Origin: Phoronis australis
Taxonomy: Eukaryota; Animalia; Phoronida
DNA length: 64,000 nt
Assembly: GCA_002633005.1 (NCBI GenBank)
Contig: NMRA01000007.1
Location: 502,700-566,699, forward strand
Direction: 5' to 3'
Shown here piece after piece: positions 36,714-51,200 of this stretch. Made by a program: the position numbers and the translations under genes. The notes below the pieces were generated by a model. The model did no database searches. It was not told the DNA's origin and worked only from the letters and a program-made list of their open reading frames with translations. The number at the start of each line of letters is the position of its first letter. Position 1 is the first letter of the stretch.

Positions 36714-37807
36714 AGGCTAATTGTACAAACCAATCAAGCTTTTTGACTAGCAGATCCAAGTATCCGAGCACCGGTTAAGTGCACATTAGAACTATTTATC
36801 GTAGGAGCATTCACACAGAAGGAAATGTTGTAAAGAGAACTCGCGGTGATTCAGATGAGACTATCTCGAGCGACTGAGTGTGTGGCTAAGGGTGCGGGGA
36901 CTGGACACATCAAAATGCATCAACTGTTTCGAACGAGTCAAAATAAAAATGAAATTCGTTACCACTCATAACTTTCTTTATTTCTTTGCATAAACAAATT
37001 AATCGAAGTTCGTTTCACGTTTACAGCAAATGGAAAAACGTTTCATGAATGACTTTATTTAAAAATTTATGACTATTATATTTTCCCCATTAAGTTTTTC
37101 CAGTACTCTTAAATCAGAACAGAAGAATCCAAAAAACAATTTAGTCATATACGGAAAGTAATTCAAGCGCAATCAAAATATAGAGTGTTATCGCTTTTGG
37201 AACATGTCTTGTATAAATTCGTGCACCCGTTGCACGGTAAAAAGGATTTGACCTCGTTCAACTTCCCTTACTAAAAGTTATATTAAAGTCAAAGGATGCG
37301 GTATCATTTTTCCGTGGTATCAACACGCGTGTTTGTCAAGATTGTTCAGTCTACCGATATTGAATGACGCAGACGCAGCGTTTTGGTTATTTTTTCGAAC
37401 TTAAATTGACTGTTGTGCAAAAGTCATACAAAGTTGCCAACATGAATAAAAATTCTCTTCTTGTACTGTTTCGGGCTTCATGGTTTAAAAATTCGGCTGT
37501 CCAAATGTAGTCTTTGTGCGGAGTAAAGACACACTACTGTAGTACAGTATAACCACTTATTCACTGATCCTGATATATTGTTTCCAATACATAACCAACA
37601 TAACTGAAGATTTTGCCAGATCAGCGATATTTAAAGGAATCGCCTAATTTTGCCCTTAAAATAGTTTGTCCAGGATACGTTTGTATAAAGTGGAGCAGGA
37701 CATGAAGTCACATTGTTTGTAGTGATGACAGAAGCCAAACAACTTACAAAGACTCAAGATGATAATTGACAACTTTAATTACTAAAAGGGTTACGTTTCA
37801 GGTCAAG

Positions 37808-37830
37808 CACACACACACACACACACACAC
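37808..37830. repeat. (CA)n microsatellite
   Basis: About 11 perfect CA units. Confidence 0.95.
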
Positions 37831-39339
37831 TGATTGCACTCCATATACAATCATCATCAACCATATTTTCTGCAAACATGTAGTGGCATATTATGGACTA
37901 ACCAATTGACAAAAATAAACAAAACATGGAGAGTTGTCCTTAGAATGCTACACTAAGAATCCCTGCAAAAGGGCCGCAAGTTTTATGGAATTAAACCTTT
38001 CAGAAAGGTAGAGTTTTTGGAACACAACGATTATAAAGGGTGAATTTTTATGAAAGGTTCTCATGGATTAATTTTTTTTGTTCTATTACACTTCAAGCGA
38101 TGTGCAGATAATCTAATCTTACTGTTGCACCCCAGTAAAAATGTAGCCGCTCGGGTATCCCAGTGTAGTGTGAAGTGCCATTCTCTTGAATTTCAAAGTC
38201 CATTGGCACTTCCACTAGGCTTCACACAGCTCAGCTAGTCAAAGCCAAGTTACCTTCAAAGTAAATAATACCAACCCGCGATGTCGACAAGGGGGAGGGG
38301 GTGACAACCACACTTTTCGGAGAAAAAATATCTTCGTAGCTCCTAATAAAAAGCCCGTGCCAACGGCGCGTTATGGTATCCAAAAGAGGGTGGAACCCCT
38401 GCTCCCTCATCGCCTACGGCTTAGCAAGGAATAATTGCATATCTAATGATCAACATCACTGACGGAATTCAGTCCAGTTAATCATTGGCATTTATAATCC
38501 AGTTTGGCATCTTGGGAATTTCGCTCTCTAGCTATCGGGGTATACCAATCGTCCATCTGCAAGTTCGCTCACTAGTGAGCCGTGTTCATGTCACTATAAG
38601 TCGATAGTTTATTGACATGTATACGATTGGCATCCAGCATTGAAGAATGATTCGTGAGATTTAAAATTCTTTTTTGAGTGATAGATAGCAAGTAGACGCT
38701 ACAAGTTCTTTGTACGACCGTCACTATATAAGAAGAACCCGGTGGATTAGCGGCAAAATGACTACTACCGTTGATTTTAGATTCTTCAGTTTGTTGAACT
38801 TTAAAAAAATTCACGAAAACTAATTATAACGCAAAGTCATATCATGAAAAACTTATCGACAACGTGATACCAATTAATTCGAAATAAAAACAATTAATTA
38901 ACATAAAACACATCACTTCGCTACTCCTCGATCTTGAGTACACACACGGCCCCCAACGTCAACAAGAACATTCAAGCCGAATTGGTGCTGAAATTCGACA
39001 TGCATTTGAGCTACTTTTTAAATATTCATCACTCTCAGAATTTGTAACCGAAATTCTTGATTAAATTCCAAAATGACAAATTAACTGTAATCATCCGTCA
39101 GCAGGCCTATTCAGTCAATGTTTTTATTATAGGCCTACCGTGACGGTCTAATTGTTGCGGGAACCGAGGTTGTTTATTGTTTGGTCGATAGTGACCTGTA
39201 TATAATTAAAAATAATATGTTCTATGCCAAATATTAGTGATTTACCGGTTAAATTGTTCATGCAAGATTTTTGCTGCTGATTTTAACAAATCAGGAGCTG
39301 ATCGATAGGCCACTTTCGATTAAGGCGCTCCAGTCTTGT

Positions 39340-39430
39340 GACACGGATACTAGCCAATCACTGAATAACTTGCAATCCGCGTGACCCCCCTCTCAGATGC
39401 TGGGTATATTATCGTGTATATAAGGAAGCT
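39340..39430 (+). promoter_or_regulatory. Core promoter of GTF2A1 (CCAAT box and TATA box)
   Basis: AGCCAATCA at about 39352-39360 and TATATAAG at about 39416-39424, roughly 95 nt upstream of ATG 39518. Confidence 0.5.
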
Positions 39431-39517
39431 GTGGCAGTCGGCTCGCGGCTTCGGTGAAGCCAAGTTGCAGCGAATTTCCACGTTCTTGGAAGCCAAGTGT
39501 CTAATTTTTATATCCAA

Positions 39518-42500
39518 ATGGCCAACGGTGTTAATGTGGTAAGTATTTTAGCCTGAGAACGGTCATAAATGTTTTTACGACTCAATATATGGTTTCATTC
39601 TCGCCGGCTATGCACGCTGTGTCGAGGTTGTGAATAAAATGGCCGCGGTGCTTTCTTTGTGCGTCACTTTTTTGTAACGTATGTTGCTTAGAAAACTAAG
39701 ATATTTTCAGCAATTTTCAAAACTGAACGTACTTTGGTTTCTAGTATAGTGATACAGTAATGCTCGTACTTCTCACCAATTTTTGTTGCCGTGCTAGAAT
39801 TTGCCTCTGACCCAGTTCACGGAGTGAGCCATCTTTATATAAAGTGCTGCAGAACACGGACAAGTTCATTTGTCGGGGGTAGGACGAGTCCATTTATTGC
39901 CAGTTGCTGGACAAGCGTAAAACGAATAAAAACGAAAACATTCTCAGTTTCGGTGATTTTTTGCGTTCAATAATCATGATTATGCTGTTTAATGGGTAAT
40001 GTTCTTTGTTAATGAGTACTTGGCAAAGGTAAGATAGGCACACAAGTAATTTGTCGCATGACACATTGAAGCAGTCATTTGCTCTTTTCACCTGATACTG
40101 ATGACAGGCCTATGTCCGCAGTCCTTCAAATTTGAGATGCATGTTGTTTAGGCAATTACTTGCGCTGTATGGCATAGGCATACAGGGGTACTAATAAACC
40201 CTCAGAAAAAGTTACTCATCTCAATATTCAGCGAATGACATCGGATGAAACATGCATATACACACAACGATGAGTTATAGTTAACACATATCGTGACTCT
40301 GGACAATTTAGTCAACATAACTTAAACATTTCCATTAAAATCTGCAGTGGTTCTCTGGAGTCGAGGACAAGGACTGGTGAAATTTGGCCTGTGTGTAATG
40401 AAAGTTTTGAGCTTGCTAGACTGATGTCTAGCGAATATTGAGTCGGTATGGTTAAATACATTGCCGCAGTAGCCCAACCCCTCAGACTGACAGCTTTTCG
40501 TAGCTTTAGCACAGCCTCCGTACTGCCCATCGATGACTGTCTCGAAGAATCGACAGACTGTGACAAACTTGGGAAAAACACTGACGATGCATGCCCGGCT
40601 ACAAAGGTGTTTCCAAGCCAATGAAAAACCCCAAACAACATGTAACCGTTGCGACAACACAACAATCGCAAGTGATGATTCCAAAACTAAATCGTCATTG
40701 GTTGATGGAAAAATTGGATGAGATCGTCTGCGGAACGTCAGAAGCAGGATGGCAAGTGGGTAAAAACAATGAAATGATTCCCTCTCAAAATGACAAAGTA
40801 CAAAATAGCACGAACACTAAAGTCACATGTTTTTGGTGCACACATTATGCTATATCGAAATTTAGTGTAATCAGCTTCTTCCATGAGTCGTCAATAGGGA
40901 CCAGTTGCATGAAAAGACAGGGCCAGTTGTTTTTTTTAATGGTTCTGACCGGTGAGGTCCAAAAATATTTCTATACCCTTGAAACAGTGTGACCAATAGA
41001 CTATAGTCATCTTTCTATTTTTGATGTTTTCTAGAGTAAGCTGTATAAAACAGTGGTTGATGACGTGACCAACAGCGTAAGAGAGGCTTTTCTCGATGAA
41101 GGTCTAGATGAACATGTCTTGCAAGAACTCAAATCAGTAAGTTTGACTTGTAATTAGCAGAAATCCTGCTCTAGATTTAATTATGTTGATTTGTTGGAAG
41201 CTTGGGACATTCAAATTGTGGTAATTGTTTACAGTGTATATTTAGCTCCTAATAGTAGTGGAGGTGTTCTGTCAAATTTTGAGCCAAATGTTTCAACAAA
41301 ATTGAAAATTAATAAAATTTTAGTCCACCATTACCTTATTTTACTGCGTGACAAAAGTTTTAATTTTGCTGTGCGGCCGATGGGCCATTGAATATTCAAA
41401 AATGACAATTTCCACAGTTATTTTTACTTGTGTGAAATCAGTAAAGATTTAATTGTATTCATACATCTAGGGAGTTACTGACTAAATTTTAATGTCATGT
41501 GCTTCTGAAGAATTGTAGATGTTTTGCCTCCCCGTCTGAAAAATACTATCATAACTTGAGGCCTACTGTAATTTTTGGTTAAGCATGCGCTAAAGAATGA
41601 TTTTTCCTCTCAAACTTTATATACTCAGCAGTTAAAGGGACATTGTTGGTTTTACTGCCAAAAATGTGTTTATGGGATTATTGTTAGATGGGATAGATCT
41701 CTTGAAGTTATAAGATTTGACCAGAGCTATAAAACAAAAAAACATTGTCACTGCTATTGTAATTTGATTACAAATCCTCAATTCTCGCCGTTGTCTGTCA
41801 GGCATTCGCTGAAATCGAGGCTGGTGTCTTTGCCATTCATTGAGTTACTCTTTTTGTTTACTGCTTGTGATTTGGCTCTGCAGTAGAGTGTGCAACCGTT
41901 ACTGCGGAGCTAGTGAGTTCACTTCCGTGGCACAGTACGGGTTAGTTCTGTCAGTTTAGTTTTGTCACCGAGAATGTCTTTTTAATGGGAATACTGTTAT
42001 GAAGATTTTAGAGACAAGTTTTGTTGACACAGGTTTCCTTAAGACCATTAAAAACAAATGAAACACCGTGTTCAACAAAACTTGTCTCAAAGAAAATTTG
42101 CAACTGAGGTGCTCATGAAAATCTCTAAATACCCAATAGTTGGTGCTGATCAATATCTCTTTTCCATTTGCCGACTTGGAAATTTTGCCAGCTCATGTTA
42201 ATGTTAAACATCAAGTCCTGCACATGCTTCTTTCATTGACAGTTATGGGAAAGTAAACTGCACCAGTCAAAGGCTCTGGCAGCCAACCCTGCAACAGATG
42301 CTGGATTGAGTCAGCCACAACTTATGAGAATGCAAACACAGAGACCGCCAGTCCACATGCAGACTCAGCGCCTACCTGTCCAAGGTATGTCAAAGGTCAC
42401 CGCAAAGTTTATTAATTCGGCAAATCATGTCAGTCATTGTCAGTTTCATTCGGAGATCATTGAGACAGGTCAATTGCTGTCTTGTTTGAAATCATGTGAA

Positions 42501-45500
42501 CTCTGTAATGTCAGTCATTCCGTTGTTGTGAGATGGCCACGCCTCCTGTTTTTATAGTCTTCACTGTACCCTATTACCCACAGGCAACAGCTCTTGAAAG
42601 TTTCATCAAAGTAGGCATGTAACTTTATGAGTTAAACAGGTAAATTACTGACTAACTAACAAACTGCTAAAAACTCTCTTCGCCTAACTGTCACTCCAGA
42701 TATGAAGAACAGTAGAAGTCCTTCGTTTGAGACAAAAAATTTTAAAGGCTTGCTACTGCAAGTGCTCAAAATTGTACTAAAAGTTGGCTGTGCTAACTAT
42801 AGTGCAAGATTTTGATTGAAATTACTCCTGTTGAGTACTTCAACAGAATGAAATTCTACTGGTCTACCATGTTGTAAAATTAAAGGCCAGGTTTCACATA
42901 AATGAATAAATTTACCATCACGTACGCATGTACTGTGGGAGGGAACAAATTGCATGGGCACCATGTAAGTCGAATACTCAACTTGTTCTTGATAATAATA
43001 AACAACAAAATCTGAAGTTAAATACCATTTTTATCAACAAGAGAAAATTAGACAGCATATAAAATATAACAAGATGAATGTCGTTGTAAAATACAGTTTA
43101 GTACCTATCGTTTTGAGCATTGTTCTTTCTCATTGTGAAGGAGTGTGGCAGAGTAGTGCTCGAAACGTGTGTTTCAATGTTATCGCAATTTTGCATCCAT
43201 GTTGATCTTGTTAATATTCTAGACATTTATTCAGCCACATAGTGTCTTCAGCTTAAGAATGTTTGCCATATGATGTCGTCATTCCTATTGCTTTGTTTTC
43301 TTTTCATAGGTAATCAGTCACAGACGATGGCTTTACCTATATTTACCCAGCTTGGAGAAGGAGTGGATCTGGTATGTGCATTAAATGACTCTAGTCAGTA
43401 GGAGTTCTGGGATATTTTCCAGGGTGTTTTACACGGGACAAACATAGGCGATGCCTGAGATTCCTCCATTCTGTTTATATAAAAGTGACCGAACAGAGAC
43501 CCCCCCTCCTTCGTTTGGATCTGTGCCGGCACATCTATTAGTGATTATAAAAACACTATTTATCATGAAATATTAAGTAAATTGACAGAATGTCAGAACA
43601 AGCTCATCAAGTCAACTAAGACTATTATCAGTGGTCATGTAAGCACTACAGTAAATTCTCGCCGATTTCGGGGGTGTAGCAAAAGCATTATTCGGTACTA
43701 TGTATCACTTATTTCTCTTTAAATATCAACTTTCTAAGTACAGCTCTTTAGCATTGTGAAAGCACAAAAGCATCTTTGGCTTTAGCTAATTTCTTATTCT
43801 GTTGAAGAAGACAAGGTGGGTTGACAGGGATGAAACGCAATTTCTTTCATGAACATGCATTATGAAACTTTGGATACTTTTGTGTGAATCACTTTAATAC
43901 TCATCCGCACAACAGTGACAATTTGACTGCATAATGGTCACAAAAAATTACAGATTAAGATGTTGGGAAATTACTGCATTAAATTCATACTAGAATGCCG
44001 TGGTGATAATCGTAGTCTGTCAGTTAAACCAGAGTTCGTCCATGTTGTAACAATACTAAACATTATGTAATCCCTTCACCACAAAGTTCAGCAAACTCGT
44101 TGCGTTTTCATACTCTCCTCAGTCTGAGACTACATATAGACACGAGTCAGTGTATATTACTGAGTCATAATCTGTGAAACCTCTCCAAATTGTCAACCTT
44201 GTGCTCCTTCATTCCACACTTTTATTTTAATTATTAACGCTGCTGCAAACCTTTGCTTTTGACCCTACAGAGCGCCACCAAAACTACTGTAAGCAGTCAC
44301 TGTAATATAGTGTTTTGTTCCTAAAATGTGAAGTTGTCTCCCCTTTCAGACTGGTGCTGCCACCACTGCAACAATGGCTCTGCCACCCCAGTTGTACCAA
44401 CAGCAGGTCGGCATCACACTCCAACAAACTAGTACGTGGATTTTCAATATTTTGTTCATGGTTGCATACTTAGTCATAGTCGATACATTTCGTTGAGTTC
44501 CTTAATAGGAGTTTCTTGTTATTTTGTGATATCTTGTTGATCAAAGGTTTGTGACCTTATTATCTTATGCTAGCAAAATGCCATCTTTAAGATGATTGGT
44601 TACTAGACTGAAATGTTCAATTATGAGAGAATGCTGTTTGAAGTAAACTTGTTGTTTTCATTTCGTAAGTCAAGATTTTTTATCACAGGTGTCTCCCAAA
44701 TATCTAGAATTACATAGCGCACCCATGGTTATAAGCCAGTAGCTACAGTTTGAGTTTAAATTATTTAATAATGCTAGGTTGCTGTCAAAAAGCCCTCAAA
44801 CCATTTTCAATCTTCATTAGTTTAATTGTTGTTTAAACGCTCAATAATATTTTTCTGTAACTTCAATCTTAAAAAGGTTTTCATTTACTTTGTCTGTAAT
44901 TTCTGTGTGTGCACTGTTGCAACACTAAACCACATTGTTTCATTACCCATAACCCTCTGCCACAGGTCAAGGTCACCTCATTGCCATCCCCCAAGGTGCT
45001 AACATTCAGACCATGAGCCAGCCCATCCAGTTACCCACGACACAGGCATTCATACCCCAACAGGTGCAGCAGATGAACCCCCCTCAGCAAGTCATCAATA
45101 CTCACCAGGTAGGAGGTCATAGGCTGACAGTTAGTATATTGTCTGGAACCCATTTTGTTACCCAACTAGAAATTGCATAGCTGTTCTGAAAGAATTAGAA
45201 AAGTGTGTAGACAACAAATAATGAATGTCGTGGAATGTTTTAGGAAGAGTCTTGCTTTGCTCCAGTAAACATGTAGGTAACCACACCTTTAATTTGATTG
45301 TCTGTCTTCAGCCTCAAGTTCGGCCAGGTGGCCAGAGCGGTTCATTAATTCAGCTAGATGGCGCCAATGACACAAGTTCGGAAGATGAGGATTATGATAA
45401 TGACGACGACGACGATAATGAAGATGGTGGCAATGAAGATGATGATGCTGAGGGCAAGGAAGAGGTTAGAGGGACTATTTTTGTGTTTGAACAGGATATT

Positions 45501-47882
45501 AAGTCAGCGATACTAGGGCTGCCAAATGATGTGAATTTATCTGTGTTCTGCGTATTAAATAATCACTATGTAGGGGTTTTCAAATTCTACGGATTTGAGC
45601 ATTTATTACAGTTCAAGCAATCAACTTCAAGTAAAATTATTGGAGCTTTGAAGCGCCAGATCGTCAACAATTGAGGTTGGAAAGGCCGGAAAATGATGCA
45701 AATAATCGAAAGTGTAGGACTGTATAATGAGCACCAGTGTATAATGTCATTTACGCGCAAGATTTCCTTTTAGTGATTGGTCAGTTGCAGTAGTTTCTGA
45801 TAGACTGGCCAATGGAAAGTGCGTTTTGTTGGATTTGCATTCTGGGATATTATCTGCTTTGCAAACTGTGTCAAGATGTCTGGAGTGGAATTTCGGATAG
45901 GAATGTTCTGAGGCATTGATTAGATTTAGAAAACAGGAAAAAGAATTCACTGCATGTATCAGGAAATTACAACAAAATATCGAGATTTGCTGGACTGTGT
46001 TCCACTGGGGAGAAATCAGCTATGTCCATAATATATAAAGTCAAAAAACATTAACATGAGCTGAATTTTTATGTCATGTGATGTACTGGGGGCAAGGATG
46101 AGGCAAGAAAGCTTCCTCTGTGTTGGACAAGTTATTCAAATGAGCTACCACAAGAGGTTGCTAAAGGGATATTTCTTTTCACTTCATTTCAAATTTTAGC
46201 TCAAACCAAATTCAATGAAACAACTTTTTATATAATTGTCTTTTATGTCATCAATTTTTTTCAAAGTACAAAGTTTAGAATGCTGCTGAATTTTTTAATG
46301 TAATTTACTTGTGGTCATCCAAAATTTACAGACTGGCTAAGGCGCATGCGCAATCCACCCTTGTTTCCGTCGGTGTCAAAATAATCGTATTAAGTCAAAA
46401 GGTAGACATTAGTGAAACAGTTTTTCAACTTGAGCATCAAGGAAACCCTTTTGATCTTTATCTTTTAAATTAGCTACGAAACTAACTTCTAAGTTAGACT
46501 TCCTACCTCTAAAAGTTTTTACTCATCTTGTTTCTAATTCGGATGAGAAGAGGTTTCAAGGCTTGGGGAAATGACAGTTCACTATTGCTTGAGACCATGC
46601 TCGGTGCCCAAAATGACCCACCCCAACAAGCCAACTTGTAGAGACTGGTCTCGAGCAATGACAAATTGCCAGTTCTTTCATAACCTCTAATTCAACTCTT
46701 GAAACATCCGTTTGAGACCAATTTCGTAATGGTAAATGATCTAAGTCAACGGTTAGTTGTTTGTGATGGAATGCAGACTTATATAAACTTGGCATGATGT
46801 TACTGAGAGTATGTGACTGTACTTTTAGGAACCTCTTTGCTCTGATGATGATGTGGATGAAGAAGACCCCCTTGAGTTATTCGACACGGAAAATGTCGTT
46901 GTTTGTCAGTATGATAAGGTAACATTTCTTTCCCCTCTTTGGATGTATTGTTCGTTTGTGAATCTTGAAAATGGCTGTGTGGATCTCTCTTACCCACAGC
47001 TGTGTATTTCAGGCAGAGTGATTAGAGCTGTAATTTTACATGACACTGTCACTGTTCATGAAAAGTGAAATCTATGGGGATAACTCTTAATATTTGTTTC
47101 CAGAACCAAACTATTTGTTAAATATCCTCTCCTTGTGGAATTGCTGGAAATCTCCAGTGATTCACGCATTTCCCACAATCACCTGATTTCTCACGACCAA
47201 AACTGTTTGAAAGAATAATGTTTCCCCACTCTGTTTTGTGTGAGGCTACTTGGTGTAGATTTCTTGCCTCACTTAAGTTGCATGTGGCCAATTATGATAC
47301 GATTGCAAAGCCCTGTCATAATACTAGTAATGCACACTTCTTCATCTGTGTATTCACCACTTCATTCATTCACTTGGGATATCTCAAGCTGTTGTCAAGG
47401 TGATATGAAAGATGTGGGATAGTGTCGAGAGTCGTATGCTTCTAACATTGTTTCTTAAGCGAACTTTTAAAGTACTTTTGTTGTAGAAATCAATTAAGTG
47501 GCTCAAATTGGATCTTGTTGGTACCCAAGAATTATGGGGTCTGTATGATCAGGTTATGTTGCACACCCTGACAATCAGGAGAATTTATTTATTTTGTGCG
47601 AAATAAGTGATTAGAATTGTTGAGAGGTAAACATGATAGCGGGTACATTTTTGGTTCTTGCTGCCGGGTTGTTATGCTGCATTAATGTATTACGTTTCTT
47701 ATTTCTTAGGGACAGTTTAATGATTTGCATTATATGGCTATACATTTCAATTGTTATTTTTGTTATTTTTGTAGATAAATCGTGCCAAAAACCGATGGAA
47801 ATTTCATTTGAAAGATGGCATCATGAACTTAGATGGCAGGGACTATGTTTTTCAAAAGGCCAATGGTGATGCGGAGTGGTGA
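39518..47882 (+). CDS. GTF2A1: Transcription initiation factor IIA subunit 1 (TFIIA alpha/beta precursor), 300 aa; exons 39518-39538, 41035-41136, 42243-42384, 43310-43371, 44350-44431, 44966-45108, 45312-45464, 46829-46918, 47775-47882
   Basis: All introns are GT-AG and in phase; total 903 nt. Conserved N-terminal helices (SKLYKTVVDDVTNSVREAFLDEGLDEHVLQELKSLWESKL), a Q/P-rich linker, a Taspase1-type cleavage motif QLD/G (45351-45362), an acidic region, and the C-terminal beta-barrel (LFDTENVVVCQYDKINRAKNRWKFHLKDGIMNLDGRDYVFQKANGDAEW). Confidence 0.96.
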
Positions 47883-48222
47883 TGAATTGAACAAACTGTC
47901 ATGGTCACGTGATTTATTTACAGTGTTACTCGGTAACTGTGTCATAGTAAGGCTTCAAGAACAATGTGCAAGAGGGCAGCACTTGTCAAAGACACAGCCG
48001 TCCCTTCTTAATGACAGTTTATGTCCGGTCGAAAACTGGACATTATCAAATGTTGATCAATTTGGGCACTTTAAACTGAATTTTTTGACGTGAACAATTT
48101 ACTTGTAATTATTGTTACTGTAGCATGAAAAGAGCTACAGTTTGCTGTATGTAAGATACTGTCACTTTAAGGGTGATCTTTATTGCTCTGTTGTTTTGGT
48201 TCGTGTAAAATACCTGTTTCAA

Positions 48223-48296
48223 ATTTGCAACTCGACCTTATTTGCAACTTGACCTAATTTGCAACTTGACCTAATTTGCATCTTGACCTAATTTGC
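48223..48296 (+). repeat. 17-bp tandem repeat (about 4.4 units) in the presumed GTF2A1 3' UTR
   Basis: Unit ATTTGCAACTTGACCTA, near-perfect copies. Confidence 0.9.
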
Positions 48297-51200
48297 GCTG
48301 CTCGTGAATTAAGGACTTACTTTATTGAAGTCTGTGAATTTGCAAGATATAGTTTCATAGGTTTGCTAAGGATCTAAGGTCTTCTGATGCACCAAGAACA
48401 ACAAAATCGAGAAGTCTTGCTTGTTAAGGTTTGTATGCAAATGAAGATTCATTCATGGGCGACTATTTCAATTTTTGTTTCATAGGTTTCGTTCACATTT
48501 TTGCCCAGTGTTTACATTTAAATCGGGAATCTAACTTGATTCTTGTTTTTGGCAAATTTATATTGGTTTTTGTGTAAAACACAGTTTGGTTTAATTGATG
48601 GTTTTTGCAGCAATTGTAAGACTACATTCACTAGCTAATCTTAAGTAGCGCATATTTTTACTTGCGCGTTCATAACTTCACATCCAGCCTCTGTTAGCAT
48701 TAGAGTCTGGCGAACGTCTCTGACAGTTGTTTCTTTATTGGTGAGTCAAGGATGAGGTCAACTGGAGTACTGAAAACAGCTGAACATCAAAAGCATGCTT
48801 TTAGAACCTTAACTGGTCAAACTTGAATCGTATTACAGATTATAAACCCTGACTGTGATCGCCATCATGCTGGCTGCTCACAATGTCACTTGAGGACAGT
48901 GCTTTATTTTGGGTCACAGTATAACTGTGATTTTAATTTTGTATCTCATGAAGGTTCTCTAAAAAGGGACAGCTTTCAATTGACGTCACTTAGCTTCAGC
49001 TGTGTATTAAATATTTGATTAATGAAATTACAGAAAATTATGGAAATGAGCAGCTTGAATTGTTAAAATATGCATGCAAATCAGAGTGTTGGCTCAGTAC
49101 AGTAAAAAAATCTGACCAAATGGTTTCATTTTCGAGATGTTCACCGAAAATTAATGTTAATAGAGACAGGATGCAAGATGGTGGCATTCTATGAGTTAAC
49201 CTATGAAATAGTCCTCTTATGTGGCTCGTGGTTTCTTGTCCCAGTGAGAATTGCACTTAGTACATCTACATAATTGTTACGGATGTAGGTTCTCGTTGGG
49301 CAAACTGGAATCTTCATGTCACTTTTGACCTGGACACCTCGCGATCAGTATTAGGGAGCCCACTGCTAACATTGCAAGTCACAACTGTGTGTGGAATCAG
49401 TTCTCCAGAGCTGTTTTTAAGAATGGCTTTAAAAATAAAATTCAGTTGGCTGACATTGGTGATGGAGCAAGCTGATGTATGTCAAGCCCAACCTTTCTTG
49501 CAATCAGTTTGCAGTGTTTTTGAACAGTTTGATATTGGTGTGGCTTAGTACTGGTGTCATTAATAGATTGCTGTTTCATGCTTGGATAATGAGGCTGTTG
49601 CTAATTCTTCTCATTGTCATCGCTGATACTGGAAGTTTAGACCAACCAAGATAGTTCACATTTGACTGGCTGTTTCTCATTGATGGGTCATGCCAATTCA
49701 CTAACTGCTCTCACCTTGACAGGCTTCATTGGAGGGGCATCACCCTCCTTAGGCCCAAAATATGTACACCTCGAATTCAGATCAGTATCAAAAAATTTTG
49801 AGACACCCACCCCAGTCATAATACGTTGGCGATAAACTAAAAGTGTTCACTTGTTTTACTTTAGAGCTTGAAGTGCATGGCACCTACAGAATCAAAAGAA
49901 CTCCCTTTGAAATACCTGGCTACAGTAGTTGCCCGTCTGAAGGCTGCATGGATTTGTTGCTATGAACGACACCAGTAATAGGCATGCAATAATGTTTTGC
50001 TGGGTACAATGTGTAAATGTTTTGTTGTTTGTTGTCCATAGAACAAGATGTATGATTGTGTCCGTTCATTGAATCTGTGCAATAAATCACAAGATTTGAA
50101 TAATAAATGTTGTCTTGTAATCTCTCTTCAGCTGCCACTCTAATGTTTTTGTAACAGGGTATTGTTCAAGACACAAGCAGCGCCATCTTTGGGAACAGTC
50201 ATTGTTTTGGTTCACGCTCAGCAACACAACTCTTGTTTTGGTTCTTTAGTAGTTCGCGTACAAGTATCTAATTACTCGTGGCGACACATGAATCGAATAG
50301 AGTTCATTAATGTTGGGAACATTTACTACCGCTAACTTGATTTTTTTCGAGCCGGTATCCGCACCTTTCTTTAACTCACTACCGCGTGAGACTCCTGGGC
50401 CAAACTCCGCGCCGTATACTTGGGGTTGTAAGCAGGGGGCATGGTCACGGGCCCCCAAAAATTGCAGGCGTACAAATAAGGGTCATTAGGGAAATCTTAA
50501 AGCTAACAAGATTTGCACTTAAGAGTACGAGAAAGCGTGTACCGTTTACGGCAGAGTAATCGCGAAGTCCTCGGCATATCAAAGGAGCTGTCACAGCCTG
50601 AAGCGGGGGCGTTACTCGCTATATTCATGGGCTTGGCTTACACTTTATCACAGTGCTTGCAGAATAGGTGGCGCTGTGTCAGAGGGTAGGGCTTGGCTAG
50701 GCGTGCTGGATGAGATAATCGCCGGCGGTCGTACGGCAAAATACCAACATGAAAAGTAAAATATTAGCCGTCTTTGAGTTTTTAAGATCGAGGCATTATT
50801 AGGGAATTTAGCGAATAGATTTTCTTTAACATCATGGCTAAGCAACGAATTGACGGGTTGTCGACCACAGTCTAGTGGCTTAGGCTCGCTAAACCCAAAT
50901 CTTAGCATAGGATTTGTTTCGCGTCAAACTGTGGCAATCGTGAGACCCGACCGGGTGCTTGGACTGTCGAGAAAAGAAGACAGTGTAACAGTTAAGAAAG
51001 AAAATTCAAGAGAACATTTGTCAACTGTCAGCGGTTTAGTGATTTATCCACTGAGAGCCTTCCCAAGGACATGATGTTTGGGGCTCCCGCCCGTTTAAAC
51101 ACAATTAGAAATGTGTACTTGATAGGTATATGTATTTTGAGAAAATGCGTAAAAGCTCGACTTTTGCAAAGCAAATCAAATCACTGGGTTTTCAAATTCC

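Noticed and set aside
38413-38425. GCCTACGGC resembling the 5' end of 5S rRNA
   Set aside because: The similarity stops after 9 nt; it is part of a MITE-like terminus.
40312-40992. Overlapping 60-130 aa ORFs in GTF2A1 intron 1
   Set aside because: No recognisable homology; the best candidate acceptor (40347) gives an early in-frame stop and the boundaries are weak.
43130-43175. GTGAAGGAG...CTCGAAACGTGTGT hammerhead-like fragment
   Set aside because: The core and cleavage triplet are too degenerate to call.
39518-47882. Idea that this TFIIA is a specialised germline paralog (ALF- or Moonshiner-like)
   Set aside because: Both conserved domains, the cleavage motif and the C-terminal TBP-binding barrel are canonical; nothing in the sequence indicates a derived paralog.
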